A stretch of DNA of 63,190 nucleotides, filler included, from Albugo candida (taxonomy: Eukaryota): the NCBI GenBank assembly GCA_040437565.1. It is 46 parts of 46 records of this genome, joined end to end, with 100 filler letters (N's around TTAATTAATTAA, not from the genome) between each part and the next. Parts side by side here need not be neighbours in the genome. Positions count along the whole stretch, not along the records: positions 49,865 to 51,121 come from JBDOQK010000591.1; positions 51,222 to 52,475 come from JBDOQK010000592.1; positions 52,576 to 53,825 come from JBDOQK010000593.1; positions 53,926 to 55,173 come from JBDOQK010000594.1; positions 55,274 to 56,521 come from JBDOQK010000595.1; positions 56,622 to 57,865 come from JBDOQK010000596.1; positions 57,966 to 59,206 come from JBDOQK010000597.1; positions 59,307 to 60,537 come from JBDOQK010000599.1; 38 more parts are not named here. One strand, 5' to 3'. Below, one piece after another: positions 50,723-63,190 of the stretch. The first letter of the stretch is position 1; each line of letters opens with the position of its first letter. The translations under genes were made by a program, and so were the position numbers. The notes under the pieces are model-generated. The model saw nothing but the letters and a program-made list of their open reading frames with translations. It was not told where the DNA came from and ran no database searches.

Positions 50723-51390
50723 ACTTTTTTTTTATTAATCAAAACTACTATATATATTATCCACGTCCATCTATTCTTTATATTAATCCACAACTATTTT
50801 TTATAAATTAAACCAATATTTTTTATCCCCTAAACAATAAAAATCCATTTTATATTCAAAATAAAGTGGTTACACAAATGACTCTATACACTACATCTTA
50901 GTTTGGCTCAAATAAATGAATGCTATAAAACATTTATTGGCAAATACTAATCTGACTTTAATTGAAATTTACTGATAAAAGTTCATTGGAAAATACTATT
51001 AAAAGATTAAGTGCGCTAGTCATTATATACGACAAAATGCCTATTACTATTGTTTTGAGAAAATGCAAAAAATATGAAATTCCTGAATCTATTGTTCGTT
51101 CGATTGTCGATGTCAAAGGTGNNNNNNNNNNNNNNNNNNNNNNNNNNNNNNNNNNNNNNNNNNNNTTAATTAATTAANNNNNNNNNNNNNNNNNNNNNNN
51201 NNNNNNNNNNNNNNNNNNNNNAGCCAAACTTTTTTTTTTCACTGCTCTGTAATTAAAATCAGTTTTACAACGGAAATTGAAAAAAAAATGAAGAATTTCA
51301 GTAGTATTTCAGTATACTTAAACACTACAAATATTACAACTTCTACGCTGTGTTTCTATTACTGACTTTTTTATAAAACAGACTATAACT

Positions 51391-52140
51391 ATGGTTGCCT
51401 CCTTTTACAATCTCAAACTTTCATCTGTTGATTCCTGTGCTTTCAATGCCTACTTAATGCCATCAAGAAAGGATAATGATTTCACTTTTAATCGTTACTC
51501 TACCATGCGCGAGCTCATCAACAATGAGTCTATTCTTCCTGTGTATGCTGATCGCCAAATCCAAATCTGTAATACAATGAAACTTATCAAAATGTCTCGC
51601 CATTGAACTCTAACATTTCTTATTTAGCACATGTCTTTGAAGAAATTGATCACGCTATGGATCGTGGAGAGAACTGGATTAAATTCCAGAATCTCTAAGG
51701 CCATTTGGAGAACAGGAATGTAAAAAGAATTGTATCTGTTTTGTACAAAGCATACGAACAGGAATTAAAAGAAAGAAACATGGTGGTAATATTCCTAACT
51801 TTTCTTTTATATAAACATCATTACTCACTCACTTTTTACATTAAAGGATTTTAGTTCTCTGGTTCTTAAGACATGCGATCTTCTGAACATCAAGCATGAT
51901 GCTGCGTGTCATGTCGGGGCCGTCTTGGTGGACGAGGTAATAGAAGCAATACAATTACATATACTTTTAAACTAACATATTTTTAAGTTCCAAGACACCA
52001 GCGATGTCCAATATAAGTTTTTGAAACTTTTGTTGAAGCAAGACGGCTCAAGATCTCTTGCTGTAGTTGGTGATCCCGATCAATCCATCTACGGCTGGAG
52101 ATCTGCCAAGAAAAAAATCTTCGAAAAAATGAAAGAAGAT
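51391..52140 (+). pseudogene. UvrD/Srs2-like SF1 helicase fragment
   Basis: VLVDE, intron 51937-51987, FQDT..VVGDPDQSIYGWRSA; no Walker A; upstream stops; truncated after motif III. Confidence 0.8.
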
Positions 52141-52888
52141 TTTTTTTTACATACTTAAAAATAAAATAAACCGTTAATAATTAATACAAACAATTTTGCT
52201 CATTTATTACATTTTTATCTTTGGGGTTTTAGTAAATATACTTCAGTACTTTTACACAAACGCACATTAAAAACTAATGAACACGTGTAATCAGATTCTG
52301 AAAAACATTTATTGGAAAAAAAATGATAAAACATTGAGTGCGCCCATAGTTGCGCCGCAGGCATGCCCACCGCAGGTGCTAGCGCATTTTTTAAGCGTAG
52401 CGTAATTCTACGCAATGAAGGTCAGCAAACACGGAGCGCAGCGGAGGGGATTTGCTACCGCAATGTAGTAGAATTNNNNNNNNNNNNNNNNNNNNNNNNN
52501 NNNNNNNNNNNNNNNNNNNTTAATTAATTAANNNNNNNNNNNNNNNNNNNNNNNNNNNNNNNNNNNNNNNNNNNNATATTGTACACCCTATTGCATATTC
52601 ATTGCTTATACGCGAAATACATTGCTCAGCGTACAGATTCTTTTAAGTGGTGTCGCATAGGAGGTATTTATGTGTTCCAAGCGGATTGGTGTACAAGATG
52701 GCACAGGAACCTTGTGTACCCCTACAACTTATCGCGCTTTCCTGAGTGGAGCATTTTGTGATTCAGTCTCGGATGAAAGGAAGATAGAAAGGATAACTTT
52801 GGGAAGGAAAAGAGTGCAACAAATTGATTGAGCTTGTCGCATTATCAATCGCATTTGACTCAGTCAGCGTAAGAATGTCACCCTACTC

Positions 52889-53575
52889 CTATAGGGTGAC
52901 AATTACAGTATTTGAAAACCTAATATAGTGCCCCTCGTTCGCTTTGCCAAACGTAATGCCCATCAATTCCATACAATCCCGTCCAATGATCCATCCTTTA
53001 TCACTCTCTCGAAGACTGATTGTGCGAAAAATAATTTCGATTATCTTGGTCCCATCACTTGAAAGAAATGTAAATGTCCCTTGTTCCTCTTTTATTCCAT
53101 TGATAGACTCTAGATAGGGAGCAGGTACACCCAGGCCCATATAAGTCATCTGGAAAAATATCCCCTCATTCAACCATTCGCCTTGATAGTTATCTGTCAG
53201 CCACACGACTTTTATCTTATCGATAGACCATTCATCTGATTCTACTTTAAAAGTATGCCCTGATTCATCTCCAACAACCCCCTTCCGCGTTAGCTTCAAC
53301 TTTTTATTGTAAAATGTGTACTGAAAAGTTTTGCAATGCCCATTATCGCCCTCAGGAGCAAGATTTAATGCATCGCTTTTCAACCGATGACCATCCGTTT
53401 TACAGCTGAATAACGCCGCCGTGCCGCCTCTTGTAGTAAACGTCAATGATACGAGGTAATTGTCAGAAGTGTAAACTTCAGGTACATCACAAACAATATC
53501 AGATGAAGGAATGAAGCATTTACCGTATATGTGGGGAAGCAAAAAAGCTAAGCCCGCAGATTTCATCATCTTCAT
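52889..53575 (-). CDS. Secreted, highly reduced pepsin-fold-like protein without D[TS]G motifs
   Basis: Signal-like MKSAGLAFLLPHIYG; C-terminus GVPAPYLESI..TFTFLS..WIIGRDCMELMGITF..IRFS resembles the pepsin C-terminus. Confidence 0.5.
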   Translation of the reverse strand: MKMMKSAGLAFLLPHIYGKCFIPSSDIVCDVPEVYTSDNYLVSLTFTTRGGTAALFSCKTDGHRLKSDALNLAPEGDNGHCKTFQYTFYNKKLKLTRKGVVGDESGHTFKVESDEWSIDKIKVVWLTDNYQGEWLNEGIFFQMTYMGLGVPAPYLESINGIKEEQGTFTFLSSDGTKIIEIIFRTISLRESDKGWIIGRDCMELMGITFGKANEGHYIRFSNTVIVTL

Positions 53576-53925
53576 CGCTTGTAAAAAGGAAAGTGATGTT
53601 CACAACAGACAGCACATGGCTGTGTTTAAAGCACGCTTCGATTTGATTCCAGCTCATCCTCTCGAGCACAATATCGAAGGTGTAACGGGTTGAACTTCAC
53701 AACTATTCTGTTCTTCTCATCCAAACGATCATCGCAAGCCATTCACCCTACTCAAATCTTGATTCATTGGATTCATGAATTGCTGCACACAGCTGAACTC
53801 AAAGACGACAACACTACAGATAAGCNNNNNNNNNNNNNNNNNNNNNNNNNNNNNNNNNNNNNNNNNNNNTTAATTAATTAANNNNNNNNNNNNNNNNNNN
53901 NNNNNNNNNNNNNNNNNNNNNNNNN

Positions 53926-54787
53926 TATTCATCACCATTGAAAAGAGAGCGAGGTTCAGTATTCAGTTTACTTCCATTGTAAACTCTCATGTCATGAGCA
54001 GAGCCAACGTACCCAGTATGCAACATACGAATTTTTTTGTTGTGGTCGCATACAACCAGTCCAGAGATGGCATAGAAGCCTTTTCTTGAGTAAAAAGCCT
54101 TATGAGACCACTGAGGAGTGAAGGCCATTGGAAAAAGAGATCCGTCAACGAAACCAACACAGGAAGGAAAACCGTAGAGTTCTTGTATCTCTTCTTTGAT
54201 TTTAGCCTTTTCTTCTCTTCCAGGCCAGGTTAAATATCTTGTTGACATTGTTTTGATTACTGCACAAATAAATCTTATAGTAAAGTTTTGAACAGATCCT
54301 TCTACAATAAACAATAAAATAATAAAAAGTCAGTGAATTTATAAAAAAAATGTAATGTACGAATCAAGTTACCGCTGACACCTGCTGATCTAGCAATTTT
54401 ACCAACTGAAGTTCCATTTCCATATGTTCCCAATCTTTCCAAGGCAATCATCATTTGGATCTTGACGTTGATTTGAGGTTTTCTACCCTTAGAAATAAAG
54501 ACATTACAGTCTTTGATGAAACTGTAAAGTTTATTGAATGCAGGTAAACTCATTCTAATTTCCTGACGGACACGATTTTCATCCAAGAGAAGAAGCAAAT
54601 CCATCTTAGTGTTTATTGGTACCTTGGGTACAGGAATCCTTTGATGTATGTATCTCTTGTTCAAAACAATTGCGAGTATTTCCAATGCACTAACATAAGA
54701 TTTGTTGTCGGATAACAATAAGCTTTCAGCCAAAGCTAGTTTTTCGAGGTCTTGAATAAGTCGTTGTTTTTCAGAAACGCGAGGCAT
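53926..54787 (-). mobile_element. PIF/Harbinger transposase (HARBI1-like DDE_Tnp_4), 3' partial
   Basis: IRMSLPAF, ALERLG..GVS, intron 54302-54372, EGSV, GFPSCVGFVDGS, FYSRKG..VCDH, GSAHDMRVY. Confidence 0.95.
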
Positions 54788-54898
54788 AATAATCAGTATT
54801 AAAAAAGTTTAAATGTTTTAAAAAAAAATTGAAAAGAAAAGAAAAAGGCGAAATTTAAATTTTTATGTGCAACTATTTATATTTTTTTATTTTTATTT

Positions 54899-55173
54899 TC
54901 AAAGTAATGCATCATTATAAAGTCTCATTCTCTCCAAATTATACTGTTCGAGAGTAATAATACCATCATCAAACAAAGCCTGAAGTTCTACTTTTGCTTG
55001 ACCCATAAACTTTGCCTTGGCCTTTTGTTTTTTCAAGAGTAGCAATTCTTGGTCAATTTTTACCCTCTTCTCGTTTACACTCAACATAGAATGTAAGACG
55101 TCGGCGGGACGAGAACGTTTAACTCCTGTTGAAGAAGTTGAAGAAGAGGCGACAGAAGCAGAAGAAGAAGAGG
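54899..55173 (-). CDS. C-terminus of the probable Harbinger partner ORF
   Basis: Ser-rich then coiled-coil ORF ending 112 nt upstream of the transposase on the same strand, matching the two-gene Harbinger layout. Confidence 0.55.
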
Positions 55174-56881
55174 NNNNNNNNNNNNNNNNNNNNNNNNNNN
55201 NNNNNNNNNNNNNNNNNTTAATTAATTAANNNNNNNNNNNNNNNNNNNNNNNNNNNNNNNNNNNNNNNNNNNNCATAATGCTGGTTCTAGTAGAATCGAA
55301 CATCACTCACAGGAAATGGTTGATGTGAAGCCTAGTAGCCAATCTATGGGACACCACCGAGTGCGTGGAAGTGCATGTGAGTGTGTGTATTTTACTAATG
55401 AGATAAATGTGGTCGTTGACGAACGTATATACGTCGCGTCGTTTGCATTATTCGCAAAATGCGTTTTAGAGCATTTGCACTTTCAGAAGGAAGGATGGGA
55501 GATCATAGGACAGTGAGATTAGATGGTGGGGCGGAGTGAATGTACCTTGCGTTCTTACGATGTTTGTGCTTTTTACGTAAAAAGCATCGTGAAAGGAATT
55601 CGTAAGCATTTAGTGGTGAAAGCCCGCAGGTATTCGGATGATGAGGTGGCTGGTTTACTTGCATTCTGGAAAAAGCTGCCTTGTGTGATGAAATCATCAA
55701 TTCGGTGGATGCTGTCCGTAATAGGAGTGTGTATAGTCCATTGCATGCATCTTCTAGATTTCTGTGGTGGACATGAAATGTTAAATGGTGTGGTGGACAT
55801 AATATATACAATAATCCTAATGTGCAACGCACGGATACATAAGCTTCAAAGACAGTAGTAAATTTTCTATGTGGGTATTGATTAGAGGGTGATGAAGAAA
55901 GGATATCTCATGATGAATTTGTACCGCACAGATGGTCAATGTTTGTTTGATGCCGAAGCTAATCGTATAGAAGCGAATGGCAAGTATGCTGAATTATTTC
56001 GTAATTTAATGCATTGGTCTGACTATAAATGTAGATGCTAGCATGTTGGACAGAGCTTTATGAGAGTTGGAAGACAAGGAATGAGTATCAGAAGTCATCC
56101 CACATATAGTTCCTAAGCCTACACAAAAACACCACGTCGACAGAGCTCGTGGGTGAGGGAACATACTGCTTCAGACATCGCACCCACCACCGGATGTCCC
56201 AGCGTCGACTTGGAAGCGAAACATTGTGTATGAGATCACGTCATATATCATATCAACACAATTCAGCGTTCACACAACATGAAATAAGTGATTATCGAAT
56301 TTTGTGCGTTCCACAAAACCCAACAATTTTTCAACACTCGACGTGAACGCACAGCTTCATTTTGATACGTTCATAAAACACTCCTCGATGTGGTCAACAT
56401 CAGTTGAAGGTGTCTATATTACTAGAATTAGACTAACTGACTTCTCTAGTTGCCTAGGCTATCTTAAATAACATATATACATATAAAAACGTTTCGAGAA
56501 TACCTGTGAGAGTTGATAATANNNNNNNNNNNNNNNNNNNNNNNNNNNNNNNNNNNNNNNNNNNNTTAATTAATTAANNNNNNNNNNNNNNNNNNNNNNN
56601 NNNNNNNNNNNNNNNNNNNNNTTCTTCTCAAAGAAGAAATAATTATTATATAGGTTGCAGTTTTGGTAACAATAGCGACGCCAGTTACACAGTAAAAGCT
56701 TAAATTTTTTTGTATATTCAACATGTCAAATTTGATTGAAGTATACATACATACATACGGCGCGCAAAGAAAAATATAGATTGCAATATAGTAGTAGTAA
56801 TAAGTGTGTAAGTCTAAAGTAAAAAGGAGGTACACACAGAAAAATATCATTTTAAAAAGGATATGTAAGTTGGTAAATTAA

Positions 56882-56883
<2 letters not shown>

Positions 56884-56914
<31 letters not shown>

Positions 56915-56954
56915 TATTTTATGGTGTTTATATGTATTAGTAGTAGTAGTAGTA
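56884..56954 (+). repeat. Microsatellites (GAA)9 and (TAG)5
   Basis: Read directly from the sequence. Confidence 0.85.
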
Positions 56955-58849
56955 TTATATGAAAAGAAGTACAAGTAGTGAAGAGATGGTTTTAATTGTA
57001 AGAGAATAAAAAAAGAGTAACATCTTTTGATGGCAAAAAAGAAATGTAAAAGATATTTATAATAGTAGTATTAGTGTTGTTATTGTACTGGTAATCAAAT
57101 AAAGGGTACTTTTCATTGAAGCAGCAATAATTGTCTTATTATCATTGAAAGACAAATTATGATGCAACTGATTTAAATGTAGTAAATAGTTTGCTGCTTC
57201 TGTTATTTTTATTGTGTATATAGTATGATCAGCAGCTGCTTTACCATTCACTATTTGTTTTGTTGGCTTAACAGAAGATGTGTTTACCATTTAACTCACC
57301 TATTAAATATTTACTATGTCATGGCTAAATAACAATAATACTTTTTTTATTTTGAATGATGATGACAGTTTATATTTGATATGAGATATGTAATAATAGT
57401 ACCTAAATATCACAATAATAAAAAACCAAAAAGAACAATAACAAAAGGTGAAAGTACTTCATCAACAATTAATCCACCAATTTCTGAAGCAGCAGTAGTT
57501 GAATTATTGTTATAAAGTATTGAATCTGGTGTACACTTTCAGATCGAACGACGTTTTTATATTCATTCTCAATACCATCTGATGGCTGCTGAAGGATCAT
57601 AATATATACATAGTTGAAAAGATAAATAATCGATCAGAAAATAATAATAGCAAGGGCGTTTCTTATGTATGTGTAATCCAAGACAAAATTAAACATCAAA
57701 CAAGAAACTTATTATATGGTATCCTTTGGATCTACTGTCGTTTGCTTTATAATAAACCCTAGGAGGTGTTATTATCATGCGTATTTTAGTTATCTTTATA
57801 ATATTATATGAACTATATATTACATGAAATAATGATATGATATTGATTTAAACAAGCAACAGCAANNNNNNNNNNNNNNNNNNNNNNNNNNNNNNNNNNN
57901 NNNNNNNNNTTAATTAATTAANNNNNNNNNNNNNNNNNNNNNNNNNNNNNNNNNNNNNNNNNNNNTAAAAACCTCATGTAGCCTCACCTCACTTCGCAAT
58001 TTATTATTGCGAAATTTTCACTTAAGCCACTTAACCATAATTTGAAAAAGTATTACTAATGTTGAGAACTGGGCTTGACAATCGCAAAAATGCCCGTTTT
58101 TAAAAATGAGTAATTATATAAAATAGACTCACTTTAGTCAAATCATCACTAAAAAGAAAAGCAGGTTGATTATTTGCCCGCATCAAGCTCAATGCATGCC
58201 TCTGCAAATGCCCTCGTTACTCAAAGTCAACACTAGCACCACCAACAACATCAACAAAGCCAACAACAAAACGGCTTTATTTCCAGCAATAGCATATGCG
58301 ACAACAGCGCCATTATGTACATCAACAGCAAAACATTAGACAACAGCTATACTTACAGTAACATCCTCAACAACAGTGGCAGCACATTAAACAACAGCAG
58401 CTTTTTCAGCAGCGACGACAGCAGCCTCAGAAAGCAGTAGACATAATCACTTTTGTAAATATGGCTGTTGATAATAACAGTTTTTCACCTTTCGTTAATC
58501 TATCCTCAAGAGCAGCGAGAAAAACTTATACACCTACAAAAAAAGATCGGACAAGCCTTTACAGAAGGTTGTTCATGATGTGTAATAAAAGTTGCAGACA
58601 CTTAGATTTTAGCGATGAATGACTGTCTTATTATGATAAAGAATAAAATTGCTACTAGTAAGATTCCCCTGAAACAACTGCCAGCATAGTTTCCCTTCTC
58701 GAATACTTTTATGAGAACATTCTTGTTTTAAAAATATCAATGAAAATAGATCAAAATGACAGAAATCAATTACGTAGTAAAAGAAGCACATTTATTTTCC
58801 AAAATAGTACAACATGATATTGTTTAATTAATTAATTAAAAGAATCCGG

Positions 58850-59206
58850 ATATTGAGCGGTGTTCAATGTAACAATCCAACTTAATGTTGCTTGCTTTCT
58901 GCTATGATACATAATCGTAAAACAGTTTCATAATTCAACTTAGTCAAAAGGAGAGAACGATACAAGCACTATGCAACTAACAGTAGATAAAATAACTATA
59001 TGGACCCTTTTATTATTTTAGAAGTAAAACCACCAGGTTTATTAAAACAATTAACAATAGCTCTAAATCACACGACATAATCAATCCCTTTATAGTTGAG
59101 GACAATTCTTACATCAATCTTAAAACCAATGACTTTATCAGCTTCACTTTTGTTTTCAGTAGTATACTTGTTACAAGATTCTGAACTATAATTGAAGTTA
59201 GTTTTG
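58850..59206 (-). pseudogene. Relic of a Mucorales restriction-endonuclease-like (PD-(D/E)xK) multicopy family
   Basis: Minus strand reads DKVIGFKIDVRIVLNYKGIDY, followed by stops and frameshifts. Confidence 0.4.
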
Positions 59207-59419
59207 NNNNNNNNNNNNNNNNNNNNNNNNNNNNNNNNNNNNNNNNNNNNTTAATTAATTAANNNNNNNNNNNNNNNNNNNNNNNNNNNNNNNNNNNNNN
59301 NNNNNNAACGGTCGTTGTCTAATAAAGCAATAGCCGGGAAGAAAAAAATGAAGCTTGATTTATTTATTTTTAATTTAATTTTTAAATCAAACTGTAGGAT
59401 ATACTTATCTTATTTGTCA

Positions 59420-59960
59420 TAGGTCATTTCGGATGGGACAGAGGACAATATCTCGACGTGTGACCATTATGAATTTTGGTAAAACTCCTAATTATCTGGT
59501 TAGTGAGCATTCATACTTTCGCAAGTTCAAAATAGTTTGTGACAAAAAAATCTATACTTAACTACAAGCTCTTTGGCCTATGTTTGAAATTGTAGCTATG
59601 GTCAAGGGTTAGCTGCCTGAAGAGAAATTTATAAATGCATATAACGCGGACGGAATGATTGTTGTGAATGGTTCCTTAGAAGTTTGCATCTTGGAGACTT
59701 TGAGAAAATATATGTTGAATGATAAACGCAAGGTTTGGTTATGATGATAGCAAGGAAGCTTGGGCATTATCGATAATTAGTATTTTTATACCAAGGAAAC
59801 AACTTCACAGGATTCTGTGCATGTGACAGAAAAGTTCATCTATGGTCCGATTGAAATTCCTTAACACATTTCAATTGATGGAAAGGATTGCTCTTAACAA
59901 AGTTACTATGCAATTATCAGCATTAGATGAATGGGTATGGTTTACTTCCTCTCAGATTAA
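59420..59960 (+). pseudogene. Relic of a second Mucorales REase-like multicopy family
   Basis: YNADGMIVVNGSLEVCILET..DKR..FGYDDSK, cf. DG..E.LLLETSG..D..K..DH.K; stops and frameshifts. Confidence 0.45.
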
Positions 59961-60759
59961 TATTTTTTTAGAATAGCTTATTGTACACTGATGTTAAGTA
60001 AATAGAGCTCAATTGAAACTGTACCCAAAAAAAAGTAGTATGTGCATGAATCGCGCTTTTGTGTGGGCGTACCGCGCAATATATATAGTGTAAATAATGA
60101 ATCGCGTTGTTGTGTAAGCGGATGGCGCCCCTGTTCACAGTTTGGCTGAGGAGTTTAAATTTTCAAAAAAAATGGATCCAACATAAGAATTTTTTTTTTA
60201 TGAAAAAATCACGTTGGTGCAAAAAAAAATTTTCGCCCAAAATGAAATACGATTGGGCGATAATTTTGGCTTAAATACTGTAATGAAAAATAATTACCTT
60301 TGGTAGACGATAGAAGATAAAACGAAAAGAGGAGATTAAATAAACAGTGTATACACCACATATTAAGCGTTTACGTATACTCCTCATTGTATTGATAAAT
60401 AAGACTACCCACACAAATACGCAAAAAACCATTTATTTAGAAAAAGAAAAAATTAACGAAACTCGCCCATGATGGTTTCAGAATTCAAATGCAAAATTCC
60501 TATCAATCTTCTGAAACGACGGCCCGAAATGCCATTANNNNNNNNNNNNNNNNNNNNNNNNNNNNNNNNNNNNNNNNNNNNTTAATTAATTAANNNNNNN
60601 NNNNNNNNNNNNNNNNNNNNNNNNNNNNNNNNNNNNNAAATGTCGACTCGAGAGAACAGCCAGTTTTTAATTTTATAGAGTAGTTCAAAAAAAGGATATA
60701 ACAACAGGGGAAATTTACGCACAAAAGTTCAAGTTTAATATGTGGCCTCTTTTGTTGAA

Positions 60760-61040
60760 TAAGATAGAATTGATTGATAAAGTAAATAATTGTGGATCTA
60801 ACGATAAAAATTATAATGTAAATGTATCTGTTGATTACGTCGTTTAACAAGAATATCAAAATCAATTCACCACTCTAAAAATGCTTTGATTCATTACAAC
60901 AATTATTATTTCAAAAAAATTTAGAAATCACAAAATAAAGAATTGTATGCTTGTAATAGACGTAGATTGTCTGCGAAAGAATTTGATAGACATGTTACAT
61001 ATAGAAAAGGATATATATTGTGCTTAGTGGATAATCAACG
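60760..61040 (+). repeat. Second copy of the dispersed repeat at 16440-16760
   Basis: Collinear similarity over about 250 nt. Confidence 0.8.
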
Positions 61041-62044
61041 GTCGGGAACAAGGAATAATAAAAACCTTTGCTAATAATACATTCGTTCTTTTAAAATAGT
61101 ATTTTCTTCGATATTGATTTTAACAACTTTTCCTGTTTATTATTATTTAGTTTACCGCCTCTACTTCATTATCTGGATGTAGACTCTCACGATCGATTTG
61201 GAAGTTTATGTAAGTTTCAAAAAAAGCATAACAGCACTGTTGAAAATAACGCGGTAAAAAAGATATAATATATAATAAAAACTTTTAGTGATACTTTTGT
61301 AACATGATAAAAATAATGGAAACTCGTTTTGAATATGCAATAGAATATTCTGAAAAGTACTGTCATATTTGTAGATTCGATAAATGTAAAAATGTAAAAT
61401 AAGCTTAAAGAATTTTGTTCAATTGCAATTGCTCAAGTGTTAAAGAAAAATCTACTATGAAATAATCTACTTCTATTTGTATGTTTTCTGTTTGAGATAC
61501 TTTAGTATTATTTTTATAATGGTAATCTATTATCAGTAAGTTTTTCTTCTTTGATATTAAATGTCACCTCAGTAGAGATGACCCATAGTATATGTACTGA
61601 CATAATAACGTGAATTCAACTCCTTTAAATCTTTTCTATATAAATAAATGTTGAAAGATCTTTAACTAAAGGTGAATTCATGTTAAGAAATAATTATGTA
61701 TTGTCAGTTAAAATAAAACAGTGAGTTTCTTTCTTCATAAAGTATATTTAGGCGTTATCTGAGATATAGCTCTATCTAAAAATATTATCTCTTCTTGACA
61801 ATATTTGGTTGTGATGCTTTGTATTCTATATATAAATTAATAGCATAAAGAGTCTACTACACGCCNNNNNNNNNNNNNNNNNNNNNNNNNNNNNNNNNNN
61901 NNNNNNNNNTTAATTAATTAANNNNNNNNNNNNNNNNNNNNNNNNNNNNNNNNNNNNNNNNNNNNAAAAAAAAAAAAAAAAAAAAAAATAAGTCACTTGC
62001 AAGGAATTAAGAATTTTTGTGAAAACACTGATTACCATTGCAAT

Positions 62045-62409
62045 AATCGGGATCGAACTCGAAGTCAACGAGATCTTCCAGAAGGGGGGAGACCTCAGTC
62101 ATTTCTTCGTCTTCGTTTACATTGTCGTTGCCAGATACAACTGAAGTAGAAAAGTGTTCTAAAATAGTGTAATAAAAGACCTGTCAGGAACATACACTTA
62201 TTTTTTGCATTTTCCATTTGATTTAATCATTTACCTATTCCTGTTGTTTTTTCGGCATAACAATAAGCAAGTCTTCTAGCAGCAGCAAGAGGATCACTTT
62301 TTTCATGAATGAATCGATGACTTTTGGATATATTCAAGAATCCTTTGCTGTTATCTTTTCTGCAGATTTTGCAAAAACAAGGATAGAGAAGTTTAATATC
62401 TTTAGGCAT
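62045..62409 (-). mobile_element. N-terminal exons of a probable CACTA-type transposase
   Basis: YPCFCKIC..SHRFIH (CxCxxC..H) exon, GTAAAT donor, then an acidic exon NDNVNEDEEM with a frameshift. Confidence 0.35.
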
Positions 62410-62852
62410 TTTTTCGAAATAAAAAGTAGGTTATAAAAGAATAAAAAATAAAAGAGTATACGAATAAATGAGTAACCGAGTAAAAAGCAGACAAAACTGA
62501 TTTAAACGATATGTCAAAAAAAAAATTAGCACTGTATATTGTGTAATTTGCATATCCACCCTTATTTTTCATTTAATGAAGCATTCTTTAAAATTTGGGT
62601 GCGCCGTATACACGTACAATTAATTATTAAATTCATGCATTGTTTTTTTAATATATAATTAATAAAATTTTCATTTTTTATGAAAAGAATGATACTAAAG
62701 CAGTGATATGACTTGAAGTTCTAATCAAGTTAAATACATAAACTAATAACATGTCAGGGTAACATTTGAAAAAATGCGCAAAATTTATAAAAACGTAATA
62801 AGGGTATTGAATTAAAACCTCTCTTTCTTCATTCTTTATTTCATTTTATAAC

Positions 62853-63190
62853 ATGGCTAACAACATTAAATCTCAACGCAAGAAAACTGTTAAAGTTCTT
62901 TCAGAAGAAGAAAAACAAATAAGGGCTGAAAAACAAAAGACAAGACATGCCAAGGCAAACAAAACATATTACCAAAATAAAAAAAGGTACATAAATGGAA
63001 GCGGCAAAATGCATCGATTCAAAACCGACGTTGTAAATGCTATTCGATTATCCAACAGTGATCAAATGTCTCTTCTTTTGCAGTTTGAAATGGAGTTGGT
63101 GAAATGGAAGTCTTTTGTTTTGGGGGATGGTGGAAGCTTTACTCTTCTTCAATCAATCATCCTTTGTTACGCCTATGCAACCACTGTCAT
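62853..63190 (+). CDS. Basic-N-terminus ORF open to the window end, divergent from the CxCxxC gene
   Basis: MANNIKSQRKK..EEEKQIRAEKQKTRHAKANKTYY; 112 codons without a stop; absent from the ORF track. Confidence 0.45.
   Translation, partial: MANNIKSQRKKTVKVLSEEEKQIRAEKQKTRHAKANKTYYQNKKRYINGSGKMHRFKTDVVNAIRLSNSDQMSLLLQFEMELVKWKSFVLGDGGSFTLLQSIILCYAYATTV

Noticed and set aside
58824-58838. TTAATTAATTAA without flanking Ns as a hidden linker
   Set aside because: No N flanks and the contig length fits the sorted series; consistent with natural AT-rich sequence.
1316-61965. Regularly spaced TTAATTAATTAA as a CRISPR-like or biological repeat; ORFs ending in XXXLIN
   Set aside because: Synthetic linker inside N runs; ORFs crossing it are artefacts.

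Overview
This is not one locus. It is a pseudo-scaffold of 46 unrelated contigs of about 1.22-1.32 kb, sorted by decreasing length and joined by 100-nt artificial linkers (N44-TTAATTAATTAA-N44), so adjacency across linkers has no biological meaning. The DNA is eukaryotic and appears to come from two sources. One class is very AT-rich and intron-containing, with Mucorales-like genes and transposons (F-box, Sel1/Chs4-like, DUF3176-like, Ty3/Gypsy, LINE, Helitron, Merlin, Harbinger, CACTA). The other is less AT-rich and resembles an oomycete such as Albugo (Ty1/Copia, hAT relic, tRNA-Val/Arg, secreted proteins). Best leads: (1) two sister Copia elements with half-tRNA-type primer-binding sites, one matching the usual tRNA-iMet anticodon arm and the other apparently matching tRNA-Asn (a primer switch); (2) a contig ending in an unusual (TTTAAGGG)n telomere-like array next to a possible RecQ-helicase relic; (3) a fold-back array of 409-bp units each encoding a CxxC(x6)G, CCG-effector-like module; (4) two secreted pepsin-fold proteins lacking catalytic aspartates. 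Family and taxon calls rest on motif recognition by eye; no searches were run.
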